Program-made: the position numbers and the translations under genes
Shown: positions 15,389 through 26,685 of the stretch, piece by piece
Position numbering within the stretch: position 1 is the stretch's first letter
Layout of the letters: every line of letters starts with the position of its first letter
Notes under the pieces: generated by a model
Database searches by the model: none
The model's input: the letters and a program-made list of their open reading frames with translations, nothing else
Told to the model about the DNA's origin: nothing
Source of the DNA: Escherichia coli
GTDB lineage: Bacteria; Pseudomonadota; Gammaproteobacteria; Enterobacterales; Enterobacteriaceae
Strand: one strand, 5' to 3'
DNA length: 64,000 nucleotides
Assembly (NCBI RefSeq): GCF_003018235.1
Contig: NZ_CP027437.1

Positions 15389-15595
15389 ATGGTTCATCAA
15401 CATTATGGAACGCAGACCGTTAATCGAGGTGCGGTCATGCCAGGAATGCTGGTCAAACACAAAGATGGTACCTGGACTGCATCAGCTAATTTACGCGGAC
15501 GGCTTTATCTGCATCGCGGCATCGAGCGCACTTATACCCGTGATTTGCTCGTGGAAGTTTTTCTCGACGGACGCGGTAACGGCCTGAATCACTAA
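15389..15595 (+). CDS. Hypothetical early-left protein (68 aa)
   Basis: GGAG 5 nt before the ATG at 15389. In frame with the longer TTG-started ORF 15185..15595. No family recognised. Confidence 0.4.
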   Translation: MVHQHYGTQTVNRGAVMPGMLVKHKDGTWTASANLRGRLYLHRGIERTYTRDLLVEVFLDGRGNGLNH

Positions 15596-15670
15596 TCCCC
15601 TTTCCTGTTTTCCTAATCAGCCTGGCATTTCGCGGGCGATATTTTCACAGCCATTTTCAGGAGGTCAGCC

Positions 15671-15967
15671 ATGAACGCTTATTACATTCAGGATCGTCTT
15701 GAGGCTCAGAGCTGGGCGCGTCACTACCAGCAGATCGCCCGTGAAGAGAAAGAGGCAGAACTGGCAGACGACATGGAAAAAGGCCTGCCCCAGCACCTGT
15801 TTGAATCGCTATGCATCGATCATTTGCAACGCCACGGGGCCAGCAAAAAAGCCATTACCCGTGCGTTTGATGACGATGTTGAGTTTCAGGAGCGCATGGC
15901 AGAACACATCCAGTACATGGTTGAAACCATTGCTCACCACCAGGTTGATATTGATTCAGAGGTATAA
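15671..15967 (+). CDS. gam: Gam (RecBCD inhibitor), 98-aa form
   Basis: [59 protein letters not shown] matches recalled lambda Gam. Confidence 0.95.
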   Translation: MNAYYIQDRLEAQSWARHYQQIAREEKEAELADDMEKGLPQHLFESLCIDHLQRHGASKKAITRAFDDDVEFQERMAEHIQYMVETIAHHQVDIDSEV

Positions 15968-15972
15968 AACGG

Positions 15973-16758
15973 ATGAGTACAGCACTCGCAACGCTGGCAG
16001 GGAAGCTGGCTGAACGTGTCGGCATGGATTCTGTCGACCCACAGGAACTGATCACCACTCTTCGCCAGACGGCATTTAAAGGTGATGCCAGCGATGCGCA
16101 GTTCATCGCATTACTGATCGTTGCCAACCAGTACGGCCTTAATCCATGGACGAAAGAAATTTACGCCTTTCCTGATAAGCAGAATGGCATCGTTCCGGTG
16201 GTGGGCGTTGATGGCTGGTCCCGCATCATCAATGAAAACCAGCAGTTTGATGGCATGGACTTTGAGCAGGACAACGAATCCTGTACATGCCGGATTTACC
16301 GCAAGGACCGCAATCATCCGATCTGCGTTACCGAGTGGATGGATGAATGCCGCCGCGAACCATTCAAAACCCGCGAAGGCAGAGAAATTACGGGGCCGTG
16401 GCAGTCGCATCCCAAACGGATGTTACGGCATAAAGCCATGATTCAGTGTGCCCGTCTGGCCTTCGGATTTGCTGGTATCTATGACAAGGATGAAGCCGAG
16501 CGCATTGTCGAAAATACTGCATACACTGCAGAACGTCAGCCGGAACGCGACATCACTCCGGTTAACGATGAAACCATGCAGGAGATTAACACTCTGCTGA
16601 TCGCCCTGGATAAAACATGGGATGACGACTTATTGCCGCTCTGTTCCCAGATATTTCGCCGCGACATTCGTGCATCGTCAGAACTGACACAGGCCGAAGC
16701 AGTGAAAGCTCTTGGATTCCTGAAACAGAAAGCCACTGAGCAGAAGGTGGCAGCATGA
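15973..16758 (+). CDS. bet: Bet single-strand annealing protein
   Basis: 261 aa. [59 protein letters not shown] matches recalled lambda Bet. Confidence 0.97.
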   Translation: MSTALATLAGKLAERVGMDSVDPQELITTLRQTAFKGDASDAQFIALLIVANQYGLNPWTKEIYAFPDKQNGIVPVVGVDGWSRIINENQQFDGMDFEQDNESCTCRIYRKDRNHPICVTEWMDECRREPFKTREGREITGPWQSHPKRMLRHKAMIQCARLAFGFAGIYDKDEAERIVENTAYTAERQPERDITPVNDETMQEINTLLIALDKTWDDDLLPLCSQIFRRDIRASSELTQAEAVKALGFLKQKATEQKVAA

Positions 16759-17435
16759 CACCGTACATTATCCTGCAGCGTACCGGGATCGACGTGAGAG
16801 CTGTCGAACAGGGGGATGATGCATGGCACAAATTACGGCTCGGCGTCATCACCGCTTCAGAAGTTCACAACGTGATAGCAAAGCCCCGCTCAGGAAAGAA
16901 GTGGCCTGACATGAAAATGTCCTACTTCCACACCCTGCTGGCTGAGGTTTGCACCGGTGTGGCTCCGGAAGTTAATGCTAAGGCGCTGGCCTGGGGAAAA
17001 CAGTACGAGAACGACGCCAGAACCCTGTTTGAATTCACTTCCGGCGTGAATGTTACTGAATCCCCGATCATCTATCGCGACGAAAGTATGCGCACCGCCT
17101 GCTCTCCAGATGGTTTATGCAGTGACGGCAACGGCCTTGAACTGAAATGCCCGTTTACCTCCCGGGATTTCATGAAATTCCGGCTCGGTGGTTTTGAGGC
17201 AATAAAATCGGCTTACATGGCCCAGGTGCAGTACAGCATGTGGGTGACGCGAAAAGATGCCTGGTACTTTGCCAACTATGACCCGCGCATGAAGCGTGAA
17301 GGCCTGCATTATGTCGTGATTGAGCGGGATGAAAAGTACATAGCGAGTTTTGACGAGATGGTGCCGGAGTTCATCGAAAAAATGGACGAGGCACTGGCTG
17401 AAATTGGTTTTGTATTTGGGGAGCAATGGCGATGA
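16755..17435 (+). CDS. exo: Exo 5'-3' exonuclease
   Basis: 226 aa. [59 protein letters not shown] matches recalled lambda Exo. Confidence 0.97.
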   Translation: MTPYIILQRTGIDVRAVEQGDDAWHKLRLGVITASEVHNVIAKPRSGKKWPDMKMSYFHTLLAEVCTGVAPEVNAKALAWGKQYENDARTLFEFTSGVNVTESPIIYRDESMRTACSPDGLCSDGNGLELKCPFTSRDFMKFRLGGFEAIKSAYMAQVQYSMWVTRKDAWYFANYDPRMKREGLHYVVIERDEKYIASFDEMVPEFIEKMDEALAEIGFVFGEQWR

Positions 17436-17614
17436 CGCATCCTCACGATAATATCCGGGTAGGCGCGATCGCTTTCGTCTACTCCGTTACAAAGCGAGGC
17501 TGGGTATTTCCCGGCCTTTCTGTTATCAGAAATCCACTGAAAGCACAGCGGCTGGCTGAGAAGATAAATAATAAACGGGAGGCGGTATGCACAAAGCATC
17601 TCCTGTTGAGTTAA
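17426..17614 (+). CDS. Lambda orf60a-like protein
   Basis: [44 protein letters not shown]. Recalled from the lambda b-region, next to exo. Confidence 0.75.
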   Translation: MAMTHPHDNIRVGAIAFVYSVTKRGWVFPGLSVIRNPLKAQRLAEKINNKREAVCTKHLLLS

Positions 17615-17778
17615 GAACGAGTATTGAGATGGCACATAGCCTTGCTCAAATTGGAGTCAGGTTTGTGCCAATACCAGTAGAAACAGACGAAGAATTTCAT
17701 ACGTTAGCCACATCCCTTTCACAAAAGCTGGAAATGATGGTGGCGAAAGCAGAAGCAGATGAGAGAGACCAGGTATGA
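17587..17778 (+). CDS. Lambda orf63-like protein
   Basis: 63 aa, [41 protein letters not shown]. Position and recall. Confidence 0.75.
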   Translation: MHKASPVELRTSIEMAHSLAQIGVRFVPIPVETDEEFHTLATSLSQKLEMMVAKAEADERDQV

Positions 17779-17858
17779 CAACCACTGAATGCATTTTTCT
17801 GGCAGCGGGCTTCATATTCTGTGTGCTTATGCTTGCCGACATGGGGCTTGTTCAATGA
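17775..17858 (+). CDS. Hypothetical 27-aa hydrophobic peptide
   Basis: MTTTECIFLAAGFIFCVLMLADMGLVQ. ATGA overlaps occur at both ends (orf63 stop and orf61 start). Confidence 0.4.
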   Translation: MTTTECIFLAAGFIFCVLMLADMGLVQ

Positions 17859-18070
17859 CACCTCAGCAAGAAAACGCCCTTCGCAGCATTGCCCGTCAGG
17901 CTAATTCTGAAATCAAAAAAGCCAGACAGCATTTTCCGGATAAAAACGTCGATGACATTTGCCGTAGCGTACTAAAGAAGCACCGCGAAACGGTAACGCT
18001 GATGGGATTCACACCGACTCATTTAAGCCTGGCGATCGGCATGTTGAACGGCGTCTTTAAGGAACGGTGA
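17855..18070 (+). CDS. Lambda orf61-like protein
   Basis: 71 aa from MTPQQENALRSIARQANSEIKK. The upstream part of ORF 17789..18070 is considered non-coding. Confidence 0.7.
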   Translation: MTPQQENALRSIARQANSEIKKARQHFPDKNVDDICRSVLKKHRETVTLMGFTPTHLSLAIGMLNGVFKER

Positions 18071-18092
18071 ACATGAAAAGCAAAATCATCAG

Positions 18093-18113
18093 GGAGCTAC
18101 AGGCTCCTTTTTT
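18093..18113 (+). terminator. Weak rho-independent terminator
   Basis: GGAGC-tacag-GCTCC followed by TTTTTTATT. Confidence 0.45.
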
Positions 18114-18168
18114 ATTATTCGCATTTACCCTCAAGCGTATTAACCAACAATTCAGGGATTAATGAAAG

Positions 18169-18387
18169 ATGGCAGACATCATTGATTCAGCATCAGAAAT
18201 CGAAGAATTACAGCGCAATACAGCAATAAAAATGCGTCGTCTGAACTACCAGACTGTATCCGCAACTCATTGTTGTGAGTGTGGCGATCCGATAGATGAG
18301 CGAAGACGCCTGGCTGTTCAGGGTTGTCGGACTTGTGCTAGTTGCCAGGAGGAGATCGAACTTAAGAACAAACAATGGGGACTGTGA
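18169..18387 (+). CDS. TraR/DksA-family zinc-finger protein (lambda orf73-like)
   Basis: 72 aa. CCECGDPIDERRRLAVQGCRTCASCQ is the C4 zinc finger typical of phage TraR-like RNAP-binding proteins. Confidence 0.85.
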   Translation: MADIIDSASEIEELQRNTAIKMRRLNYQTVSATHCCECGDPIDERRRLAVQGCRTCASCQEEIELKNKQWGL

Positions 18388-18434
18388 TGGCCTCAAAGCA
18401 GCAAATTTCAACATCGTCCAACTGAGGTGTAAAA

Positions 18435-18713
18435 ATGTTCAGAATCATTTTTCCTAACACCTGGTACGTCGACCACCACGGCACTCCCTGCAAAATCCTG
18501 CGTTCTACCCACAACAAAGTTCACTACATCCGAAAAGGCAGAACATGTATCGCCAGCATGTTCCGCTTTAATCATGACTTTGAACCTGTGAATAAAGCTG
18601 ATGCAGATCGGATAGCAGAAGAGATCGAAACGGCAGAACACATTAAGAAGTTACGTGACATGCGTTCAAAAAGCAGAGGTAACCATGGAATCATACAGCC
18701 TCACACTCGATGA
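18435..18713 (+). CDS. Hypothetical protein (92 aa)
   Basis: ORF only. It ends 29 nt inside the xis ORF. Confidence 0.45.
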   Translation: MFRIIFPNTWYVDHHGTPCKILRSTHNKVHYIRKGRTCIASMFRFNHDFEPVNKADADRIAEEIETAEHIKKLRDMRSKSRGNHGIIQPHTR

Positions 18714-19056
18714 GGCCTGTCAGTTTCTTAAGATATCCAGACCAACCGCCACCAACTGGATACGAACAGGCCGCCTACAGGCAACACGTAAAGATCCAAC
18801 CAAGTCAAAATCTCCTTACCTCACAACACGGCAAGCCTGCATTGCGGCGCTTCAGTCTCCGCTGCATACTGTCCAGGTGAGCGCGGGTGATGGCATAACA
18901 GAGGAAAGAAAATGTCACTCTTCCGCAGAAATGAAATATGGTATGCCTCGTATTCGCTCCCGGGCGGGAAACGAATTAAGGAATCTCTTGGCACAAAGGA
19001 CAAGCGGCAAGCTCAGGAGTTGCACGACAAGCGAAAAGCAGAACTCTGGCGAGTAG
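18685..19056 (+). CDS. xisD: Excisionase (AlpA/MerR-like HTH), XisD-like
   Basis: [37 protein letters not shown] is a winged-helix excisionase motif. The 3' 145 nt overlap int in another frame, so the true stop or function of the tail is uncertain. Confidence 0.65.
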   Translation: MESYSLTLDEACQFLKISRPTATNWIRTGRLQATRKDPTKSKSPYLTTRQACIAALQSPLHTVQVSAGDGITEERKCHSSAEMKYGMPRIRSRAGNELRNLLAQRTSGKLRSCTTSEKQNSGE

Positions 19057-20075
19057 AAAAGCTAGGGGATTTACCTGATGTCACTTTTGAAGAGGCCTGC
19101 CTAAGATGGCTTGAGGAAAAAGCTGATAAAAAATCTCTCGATTCAGATAAAAGCCGGATTGAGTTCTGGCTTGAACATTTTGAGGGTATAAGGCTTAAAG
19201 ATATCTCGGAGGCAAAGATTTACTCTGCTGTAAGCAGAATGCATAACAGAAAGACGAAAGAAATATGGAAACAGAAAGTTCAGGCCGCCATCAGGAAAGG
19301 TAAAGAACCGCCTGTTTATGAACCAAAGCCAGTATCAACTCAGACAAAGGCAAAGCATCTTGCCATGATAAAGGCCATTCTCCGTGCTGCAGAACGCGAC
19401 TGGAAGTGGCTGGAAAAAGCGCCTGTCATCAAGATACCAGCGGTCAGAAACAAGCGAGTCAGATGGCTGGAAAAGGAGGAAGCAAAACGCCTTATTGATG
19501 AGTGCCCCGAACCACTGAAATCTGTCGTCAAGTTTGCGCTGGCAACTGGTCTGAGAAAGTCGAACATCATAAATCTGGAATGGCAACAAATCGACATGCA
19601 GCGACGAGTTGCCTGGGTGAATCCAGAAGAGAGCAAATCAAACCGCGCCATTGGTGTGGCGCTGAACGATACCGCCTGTAAAGTGTTGCGTGATCAAATA
19701 GGCAAGCATCACAAATGGGTGTTTGTACATACCAAGGCGGCTAAGCGAGCAGATGGAACATCAACGCCTGCGGTCAGGAAGATGCGCATCGACAGCAAGA
19801 CATCATGGCTATCAGCTTGTCGTCGTGCAGGAATTGAAGATTTCCGTTTCCATGACCTCAGACACACCTGGGCAAGCTGGCTGATTCAGTCAGGCGTCCC
19901 ATTATCAGTGCTTCAGGAAATGGGCGGATGGGAGTCCATAGAAATGGTTCGTAGGTATGCTCACCTTGCGCCTAATCATTTGACAGAGCATGCGAGGAAA
20001 ATAGACGACATTTTTGGTGATAATGTCCCAAATATGTCCCACTCTGGAATTATGGAGGATATAAAGAAGGCGTAA
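18912..20075 (+). CDS. intD: Tyrosine integrase IntD
   Basis: 387 aa. The C-terminal [39 protein letters not shown] carries the R..H..R..Y catalytic signature. Adjacent to argU. Confidence 0.95.
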   Translation: MSLFRRNEIWYASYSLPGGKRIKESLGTKDKRQAQELHDKRKAELWRVEKLGDLPDVTFEEACLRWLEEKADKKSLDSDKSRIEFWLEHFEGIRLKDISEAKIYSAVSRMHNRKTKEIWKQKVQAAIRKGKEPPVYEPKPVSTQTKAKHLAMIKAILRAAERDWKWLEKAPVIKIPAVRNKRVRWLEKEEAKRLIDECPEPLKSVVKFALATGLRKSNIINLEWQQIDMQRRVAWVNPEESKSNRAIGVALNDTACKVLRDQIGKHHKWVFVHTKAAKRADGTSTPAVRKMRIDSKTSWLSACRRAGIEDFRFHDLRHTWASWLIQSGVPLSVLQEMGGWESIEMVRRYAHLAPNHLTEHARKIDDIFGDNVPNMSHSGIMEDIKKA

Positions 20076-20090
20076 CTGATTGAATTGTAA

Positions 20091-20167
20091 TGGCGCGCCC
20101 TGCAGGATTCGAACCTGCGGCCCACGACTTAGAAGGTCGTTGCTCTATCCAACTGAGCTAAGGGCGC
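20091..20167 (-). tRNA. argU: tRNA-Arg (anticodon UCU)
   Basis: Minus strand: GCGCCCTTAGCTCAGTTGGATAGAGCAACGACCTTCTAAGTCGTGGGCCGCAGGTTCGAATCCTGCAGGGCGCGCCA. 77 nt, cloverleaf, encoded CCA. Confidence 0.97.
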
Positions 20168-20198
20168 GTTGATACCGCAATGCGGTGTAATCGCGTGA

Positions 20199-20226
20199 AT
20201 TATACGGTCAACCCTTGCTGAGTCAA
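20199..20226 (-). promoter_or_regulatory. argU promoter
   Basis: Minus strand: TTGACT, 16 nt, TATAAT, about 30 nt upstream of the mature 5' end. Confidence 0.6.
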
Positions 20227-20409
20227 TGGCTTTTGATCTGGTTGCTGAACAAGTGAACGACCGCGTCTGATTTTCTGATTTATTTCGCTATAGCGGCAAA
20301 CAAACGTACACCGCTGCGCGTCTGAATCAAGAAAACCCGTATTTTCATGTATCAAAGTACAATTTCCCGCCCTAACGGAAAATTGTCCGATCCTATGAGA
20401 CTGGTAACT

Positions 20410-21042
20410 ATGAAACCAACGTCGGTGATCATTATGGATACTCATCCTATCATCAGAATGTCTATTGAAGTTCTGTTGCAAAAAAACAGTGAATTGCAAA
20501 TTGTCCTGAAAACGGATGATTATCGCATAACCATCGATTATCTCCGAACCCGTCCTGTTGATTTAATCATTATGGATATAGACTTGCCCGGAACAGACGG
20601 TTTTACCTTCCTGAAAAGGATCAAACAAATCCAGAGCACAGTGAAAGTATTATTTTTATCATCGAAATCAGAATGCTTTTATGCTGGCAGAGCGATACAA
20701 GCTGGTGCTAACGGTTTTGTCAGTAAATGCAATGATCAGAATGATATTTTTCATGCCGTTCAGATGATCCTCTCCGGATACACTTTTTTTCCCAGCGAAA
20801 CGCTCAACTATATAAAAAGCAATAAATGTAGCACGAATAGTTCAACGATCACTGTGCTATCTAATCGTGAAGTGACCATATTACGTTATCTGGTCAGCGG
20901 ATTATCTAATAAAGAAATTGCCGATAAGTTATTACTTAGCAATAAAACAGTTAGTGCGCATAAATCTAATATTTATGGCAAGCTAGGATTGCATTCAATT
21001 GTAGAGCTTATCGACTACGCCAAATTATATGAATTAATATAA
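20410..21042 (+). CDS. fimZ: Fimbrial response regulator FimZ (LuxR-type)
   Basis: The 210-aa form MKPTSVIIMDTHPIIRMSIEVLLQKNSELQIV... matches recalled FimZ. Confidence 0.95.
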   Translation: MKPTSVIIMDTHPIIRMSIEVLLQKNSELQIVLKTDDYRITIDYLRTRPVDLIIMDIDLPGTDGFTFLKRIKQIQSTVKVLFLSSKSECFYAGRAIQAGANGFVSKCNDQNDIFHAVQMILSGYTFFPSETLNYIKSNKCSTNSSTITVLSNREVTILRYLVSGLSNKEIADKLLLSNKTVSAHKSNIYGKLGLHSIVELIDYAKLYELI

Positions 21043-21044
21043 TA

Positions 21045-21560
21045 TTAATTATAATTGATCATAAATATCGCATCCGCTTTCGCCACACCTGGCTGAACAC
21101 CGCTGGCTAACGCTCGATAATTGGCAAAAAAGTTTAGTGTGACATTGCCATTTGCATCTACTTCCTCAGTCGGGCTCGCCTCCCCCAGTGCGAGCCGGGA
21201 GCGATCGCTATTACGTAATTCGATGGCGACGGTTTGTGCCATTGCGGGATCATCCAGAGCCAGCAGGTTGGCATCAGATGCCGGCGTTCCCGTAAATAAA
21301 ATCGCAACTGAACCCGGAGGACATCCCTCCAGCCGCAGGCTAAAAGGGACGAGTGCCGTGGTATCGCCAGCGCTCAGTAATTGTGTCGTAGGCCATCTGC
21401 CTAAATCTACCGTCTTATCCTTATCCGCTGTGTTTACGGTACAGGAGAAATCAACAACGTTACCGTGCAAATTGATATTAATCGTTCCTAAAGGGTCAAC
21501 TGCCCATCCACTGGAACTCCACAGTAGCCCGCAGAAACAGCTAAAGAGTACTCTTCTCAT
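21045..21560 (-). CDS. sfmF: Fimbrial-like adhesin subunit SfmF
   Basis: The 171-aa form MRRVLFSCFCGLLWSSSGWAVDPLGTININLHGNVVDFSCTVN. Confidence 0.9.
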   Translation of the reverse strand: MRRVLFSCFCGLLWSSSGWAVDPLGTININLHGNVVDFSCTVNTADKDKTVDLGRWPTTQLLSAGDTTALVPFSLRLEGCPPGSVAILFTGTPASDANLLALDDPAMAQTVAIELRNSDRSRLALGEASPTEEVDANGNVTLNFFANYRALASGVQPGVAKADAIFMINYN

Positions 21561-21570
21561 TCTCCGTACC

Positions 21571-22578
21571 TCATTGATAATCGACGCGTAAATACCCCAG
21601 CGCGCTAAACGGCCCTTCGGTCGGTTTTTGACCGGTAATACTGATAGGCCAGGCGCGAAGTGTGACATTGGCTGCCGCAGCTGCATCCAGACGGAAAGGA
21701 ATAACGCTATTGAGATCGTTAGGCGTGATCGGCGTATCGTTCTGATCGGCCACAATAAAACCTAAATCCTGATTGTCCGACACCATCGCCTGACCAGAAA
21801 CGGCACTGGCTTCCAGACGCATTGTTAAATAAGCCTGCGCAGCAACATTCGTACATTTGATCGCAATGCTCTTGGTTTGCGGCATGACACCAGCTGGTCG
21901 ATTCCCCGGCCCTGCCGCACTAAATAACGATGCGCCGATATCACCAAAATCAAATTCAACAATTTGCCCGGCATTTAATTCGCAGTTTTGCGGTACTTCA
22001 ACCCGGCCACCAAAACTAATGGTATAAACAGGTGTAACCAACGGATCGTTAGGCGTTGATGTCACATACACGGTAAACATCACCTGTCTGGGGATCTCCA
22101 CCATGTTAATAAAGGGACGAATAACCTTTAAACGAAATATCAAACGAGAATCCATCACCCCGAACGGAAGGTTTTGCGAAACGTTAGGATCTGTTCCCAT
22201 ACGGATATAATTTTGCGGGGGAAACTGAATATCCATCACGCTATCAACCAGACTCATCGCACCTAATAGATAATCATTTAATTTCATATATTTATAATTA
22301 TCGATAGTTTCCTGAACAATAAAGTTGGTGACATAACTACGGTATGTATAATTCACCAGCGTGCCGGGTGGACAAATTGCTGACACACCTACCCAGCCGG
22401 ATTTTTCCGGTAAAACAACAATCTGGCCTGGCTGGTTATTGGTGCTATTAAAGACATTTGAGAGATCATAGTGTTCATCTTCTGCTACGCCAGTACTATT
22501 TGCACAAACAGTAGCCCAGGATATGTTTGCCAGACACAAACATGCCATTGCCAATAATAATCTGCAGATTATCTTCAT
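21571..22578 (-). CDS. sfmH: Fimbrial protein SfmH
   Basis: 335 aa, MKIICRLLLAMACLCLANISWATVCANSTG. Position in the sfm operon. Confidence 0.9.
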   Translation of the reverse strand: MKIICRLLLAMACLCLANISWATVCANSTGVAEDEHYDLSNVFNSTNNQPGQIVVLPEKSGWVGVSAICPPGTLVNYTYRSYVTNFIVQETIDNYKYMKLNDYLLGAMSLVDSVMDIQFPPQNYIRMGTDPNVSQNLPFGVMDSRLIFRLKVIRPFINMVEIPRQVMFTVYVTSTPNDPLVTPVYTISFGGRVEVPQNCELNAGQIVEFDFGDIGASLFSAAGPGNRPAGVMPQTKSIAIKCTNVAAQAYLTMRLEASAVSGQAMVSDNQDLGFIVADQNDTPITPNDLNSVIPFRLDAAAAANVTLRAWPISITGQKPTEGPFSALGYLRVDYQ

Positions 22579-22590
22579 TGATAATTTCCT

Positions 22591-25200
22591 TTATGAGCCA
22601 GAATGTGTGCAAACTGCCGAAATAACAGTGACGGCTTGCTGTAAGCTTTGCTTCGGCAATACATAGTGCGCAATGCAGCGTGAGTTCGCGCCGTCTCCCC
22701 ACTGAACCAGTAATTCACCAGACAATGGCGCACCACTTAAATAAACTTGCCCGTCATCACCCACCATACTGGTTATTCCGGTACTGTTTTCCCGTACCAG
22801 TGATCCAAACGGCACCGGTTTTCCGCCCTGGGTAACGGTAATGAGCGCCCGCACGCCTATGCGGGTATCAAAATTGGCACGAACCAACGCGCCTTGCGTC
22901 GGCACAACGCTGCTAATATTTTTTTCAACATCGATGGAATTCCCCATCGTATTGGTATCAAGCGCGATACGGTTATACCGATAAACCGTGGCATACGGCA
23001 TCACCGCATAGCCGCGCCAGTCGGTTAAAATTCCAGTTTGATTTTCAATGCGTACACCGCCTGCGCCTGGCGCTTTAATCAAAACATTGGTATCCCCTAA
23101 AGGCTGGCTCAGCGTTATACCATTTTCATGCCCGACCACACCGCCAGACAGCTGCCAGTTAACGTCATGTTGATCGCGGTCGTAGTTATACCCGACCCCC
23201 AGCGTACCGTAAGCGGCCTGCCAGTTTGCCGTGGCGCTGCCCGTATACCCATTATTCGAGGTATCGCCCTGGCTTACGTGATAACTCAGGTTGTGGCCTT
23301 CCAGTAAGGTCCCACCAACGCCTGCCAGCCAGCTATTTTGCCCGTTGCTGTTACGGTTGGCGTTAAAGGAGGCATAAGCGCGGTCGAGCGCATTTTCCCG
23401 GGTGTAGCGACGTTTGGTCAGAACATTGAAAGGCACTGAAACATTAAGTCCGACAATACGTTCGTTATCGGGGATCCCTACAGATTCATTCCACGAAAAT
23501 GAGAGTGAATAACTGATGCCAACCCAGCTGCTGGTATACCCCACCTGATACCAGGTATCTGAATCCGAAGTATTCCAGTATTTTTGATGGGTACCAGAGA
23601 TATAAAGCGAGCCAAAGTCATTAAGTGATTGTGAAATATTTAACTGCAAACGGTCTTTACGGCTAAAGCGTAAATTGTGGTAATTCACGATTATCGGTTC
23701 ATCGCGATGCTCACCGTCATAATCGTAATCATATTCGTACCCCTCCATTCGACGATACGCAACATCATCAAGGGTATAAAAACCTTGTGTCGAATAGCGG
23801 TAACCCATTAACTGAAAATTGGTGCCGAAAGTGTTCATTGATTTCGCATAGAGGAAGCGAATGGAATCCCCCTCATGACGACTGTCGTCGGCTAACTGAC
23901 TGCGCGCATGCGTTACATCCAGCGACACTGCGCCCCAGTTCCCGAGGTTGCGCCCCAGCCCTAACAAAAAGGCGGTGTAATTGGCAGATAATTGCGTCCC
24001 GCCGTAGGCAGTAAATTCCTGTGGTAAACCGCCGAGTGCCGTACCCTGAAAAAAGAAAGGCGATGATTGCTGACTATTACCGCTACGAAAATCGCCCGCC
24101 GTCAGGTCAAATTTGAAACGCCCTTCGCGTTGTAAAATTGGCACTGTTGAATACGGAATCGTGTAATTCTGCTGATTACCATCGCGCTCGTCGATGGTGA
24201 CGTCCAGATCGCCATTTGAAGATGTCGGGTGCAAATCTGTAATTTCAAAAGCGCCGGGGGAAACATAGCTTTGATAGATAATAAAACCATTTTGCCGAAT
24301 CGTTAGCTGGGCCGCCGTACGGGCAATCCCACGTACCGTTGGGGCAAACCCTTGCTGGCTATCAGGATACATATTATCGGAAGAGTAAAGCCGTACACCA
24401 CGAAATCCAACGCCATCGAAAATATCACTTCCTGTATTGCCGTCTCCCATTACCAGTTCACTTTTCAGCGGAATAATGGCGCGCTGTACCCAGGTGCCAA
24501 TATTATTCCACTGTTCTGAATGATATCCATTTCCGCGAAAATAGTTCCAGGAACCATTGTTGCGTAAACGCCACGGGCCAATATTAATCCCGCTGAGCTC
24601 ACTAAAAAAATAGCTATCGTTACCATTACCTCTGTTACCGGTGAAATTATAATTCAGGAGTAAAGCAGGAATACCTTCATCCCACTCTTCAGGCGGAATG
24701 TAACCGTGAGCGCTACTCAACAACGCTATCTGAGGAATAGTGATGTTCAGGCGCATCGCTGCAAAATCAAAGTTAATTGTGGCATCAGGTACAGCTTTCA
24801 GTAAATTAATGCATTTATTATTTTGCTGCTGGGCTAACTCGGGGAATGCACTGCTATTAAGGCCAATTCGTTCAAGGAGTGCCTGATTAAAACAAGGCAT
24901 TAACCCACCTGATTTATCACCTGTATTTACTGTCGTCGATTCAAATACGATATCCTGTGAACCAATGAACTCATCATTACGCCAGAGATCCACCCGATAC
25001 ACGCCTGCAGGTTGATGATTACCTCTCTCAAAGCGCGATAAATCAGCAACGGATGTGCCATTCTCTAATAAAAATGCCGGGTTGAAATAACTTTCCGCAT
25101 AGCTTAAAAAGGAGGGTAAAATGGCAAGAGATGAATAACAAATTCCGGCCAGACACCAGGTATACCTCTGCGGAATATCCGTAGTAGTGGGTATTTTCAT
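22591..25200 (-). CDS. sfmD: Outer-membrane fimbrial usher SfmD
   Basis: 869-aa usher-family protein in the sfm operon. Confidence 0.95.
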   Translation of the reverse strand: MKIPTTTDIPQRYTWCLAGICYSSLAILPSFLSYAESYFNPAFLLENGTSVADLSRFERGNHQPAGVYRVDLWRNDEFIGSQDIVFESTTVNTGDKSGGLMPCFNQALLERIGLNSSAFPELAQQQNNKCINLLKAVPDATINFDFAAMRLNITIPQIALLSSAHGYIPPEEWDEGIPALLLNYNFTGNRGNGNDSYFFSELSGINIGPWRLRNNGSWNYFRGNGYHSEQWNNIGTWVQRAIIPLKSELVMGDGNTGSDIFDGVGFRGVRLYSSDNMYPDSQQGFAPTVRGIARTAAQLTIRQNGFIIYQSYVSPGAFEITDLHPTSSNGDLDVTIDERDGNQQNYTIPYSTVPILQREGRFKFDLTAGDFRSGNSQQSSPFFFQGTALGGLPQEFTAYGGTQLSANYTAFLLGLGRNLGNWGAVSLDVTHARSQLADDSRHEGDSIRFLYAKSMNTFGTNFQLMGYRYSTQGFYTLDDVAYRRMEGYEYDYDYDGEHRDEPIIVNYHNLRFSRKDRLQLNISQSLNDFGSLYISGTHQKYWNTSDSDTWYQVGYTSSWVGISYSLSFSWNESVGIPDNERIVGLNVSVPFNVLTKRRYTRENALDRAYASFNANRNSNGQNSWLAGVGGTLLEGHNLSYHVSQGDTSNNGYTGSATANWQAAYGTLGVGYNYDRDQHDVNWQLSGGVVGHENGITLSQPLGDTNVLIKAPGAGGVRIENQTGILTDWRGYAVMPYATVYRYNRIALDTNTMGNSIDVEKNISSVVPTQGALVRANFDTRIGVRALITVTQGGKPVPFGSLVRENSTGITSMVGDDGQVYLSGAPLSGELLVQWGDGANSRCIAHYVLPKQSLQQAVTVISAVCTHSGS

Positions 25201-25230
25201 AATTAGCTCTGATATTGTCAGATGATTCGG

Positions 25231-25923
25231 TTAGTTTAAGTTCACTTCTCTGACCGGGGTTACTGAACCATAATCATTAACGGTCTGAAATTTCAGCTTT
25301 CCCTGCACTCCTGAGGGTAAGGGAATTTGTGAATTAACTCTGGGTGCAGCCATAGCATTCCCCAGTTTTTGGCTGCCCACTTGCAAGTTAACCAGGGTGA
25401 CATAAAAAGGTGATGGATTATGAACATTGATATAGTTACCGGATCGCGAAAACTTGAGTGTGTCCGGCGCTTCTGCGGGTAATTCTTGTAATTGAATTGG
25501 ACGGAGAAATAATTTCATGCGCGATAAAATCGCCAGTTGCAAAACATTCCTGCCGTTCAATGCATTTTTATCTACCGAAGGGATCGTCTTAACATTCATC
25601 CAGAACAGAGACTCACGATCTGCCGCCAGCGGTGGACCGGTGTAAATAATACGCAAAGTATTTTCGCTTTTGGGTTCACTAACAAACAGTGGCGGTGTAA
25701 TGATGAATGACTTTTCTTTTACACCGCTGCTGTTTTCAATCCACGAATTGACCAGAAAGCGCTCATTGGTATGGCTATTTCTAATCCATACTGCAGTCTG
25801 TTTAGCATCAGCGGGATAAATAATACGCGTGGCACCTAATGCGATCCCTCCGGCAGCATGGGCGCTGGCCGAAATGATTAAATAAAATATAATGAGCATC
25901 AATAACTTTATTTTAGTCATCAT
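25231..25923 (-). CDS. sfmC: Periplasmic fimbrial chaperone SfmC
   Basis: 230 aa, PapD-like ([20 protein letters not shown]...). Confidence 0.95.
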   Translation of the reverse strand: MMTKIKLLMLIIFYLIISASAHAAGGIALGATRIIYPADAKQTAVWIRNSHTNERFLVNSWIENSSGVKEKSFIITPPLFVSEPKSENTLRIIYTGPPLAADRESLFWMNVKTIPSVDKNALNGRNVLQLAILSRMKLFLRPIQLQELPAEAPDTLKFSRSGNYINVHNPSPFYVTLVNLQVGSQKLGNAMAAPRVNSQIPLPSGVQGKLKFQTVNDYGSVTPVREVNLN

Positions 25924-26142
25924 AGTTAATACGCCTTGTGTATTCCTGACGGCAAAAATAAGAATTATAAAGAAATGATTGCTTTGGTTTCTTACAACAC
26001 ATCATTCCCTTTTCATTTAATAAAGCGGCATGATACAAAGTGAACATGATTTCGATTTACATTGCCACCATACCGCTTCTGACAACCGGTACATTACTTT
26101 GTTATAAGACGTGATATATAATTCAAAACAACGTGGTTTTGA

Positions 26143-26685
26143 TTATTCGTATCTCATAATAAAAGTCGCGTCAGCATTTGCTTGCCCTGCTGATGCACTT
26201 GTACCGGTGCCTTTATAACGTGCAGAAAAATGAAGAACGTTGGTCCCGGGGATCAAGTTCTGGTTGGTTGAGAAGCTATTCCCATCAGGTTTGAGAATTG
26301 CGGATGTATTATCAAGTATTTCAATACCGACACCCGTTGCTGTTGTTGTATTAGTACTGGATGCAATGGCCAATAAATTATCATTGATTGCATCCGCCTG
26401 ACCAGAAAATGCAACGGCAGCATTAGCGGCAACGACAGGATCGCAGTCGTTCAACTGTATAGTGAATGGAATTAATGCAGAGGTATTACCAACAGCATTG
26501 AAAATATCGGTACGATATTGACCGAGTGTGACAACCTGGTCTGCCGAGTCAGTATTCACTGAACAGGCAGCATTCACCAGTTCGCCCTCAAAGTGAATTG
26601 TACCGCCATCTACAACGGCAGCATAACTACCCGTAGCGGCGAATAGTGCGGCGGCCAGCGCAGACGAAATAAATCTTAATTTCAT
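26143..26685 (-). CDS. sfmA: Type 1 fimbrial major subunit-like SfmA
   Basis: The 180-aa form [43 protein letters not shown]. Confidence 0.9.
   Translation of the reverse strand: MKLRFISSALAAALFAATGSYAAVVDGGTIHFEGELVNAACSVNTDSADQVVTLGQYRTDIFNAVGNTSALIPFTIQLNDCDPVVAANAAVAFSGQADAINDNLLAIASSTNTTTATGVGIEILDNTSAILKPDGNSFSTNQNLIPGTNVLHFSARYKGTGTSASAGQANADATFIMRYE

Larger units (their letters stand above)
1..20090. mobile_element. Lambdoid prophage at argU (DLP12 position). The int-side junction is in the window; the structural-gene side runs off the left edge.
   Basis: Contiguous phage modules (packaging, lysis, Q, nin, replication, immunity, Red, xis/int) end 15 nt before the 3' end of tRNA-Arg(UCU). 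Confidence 0.9.
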
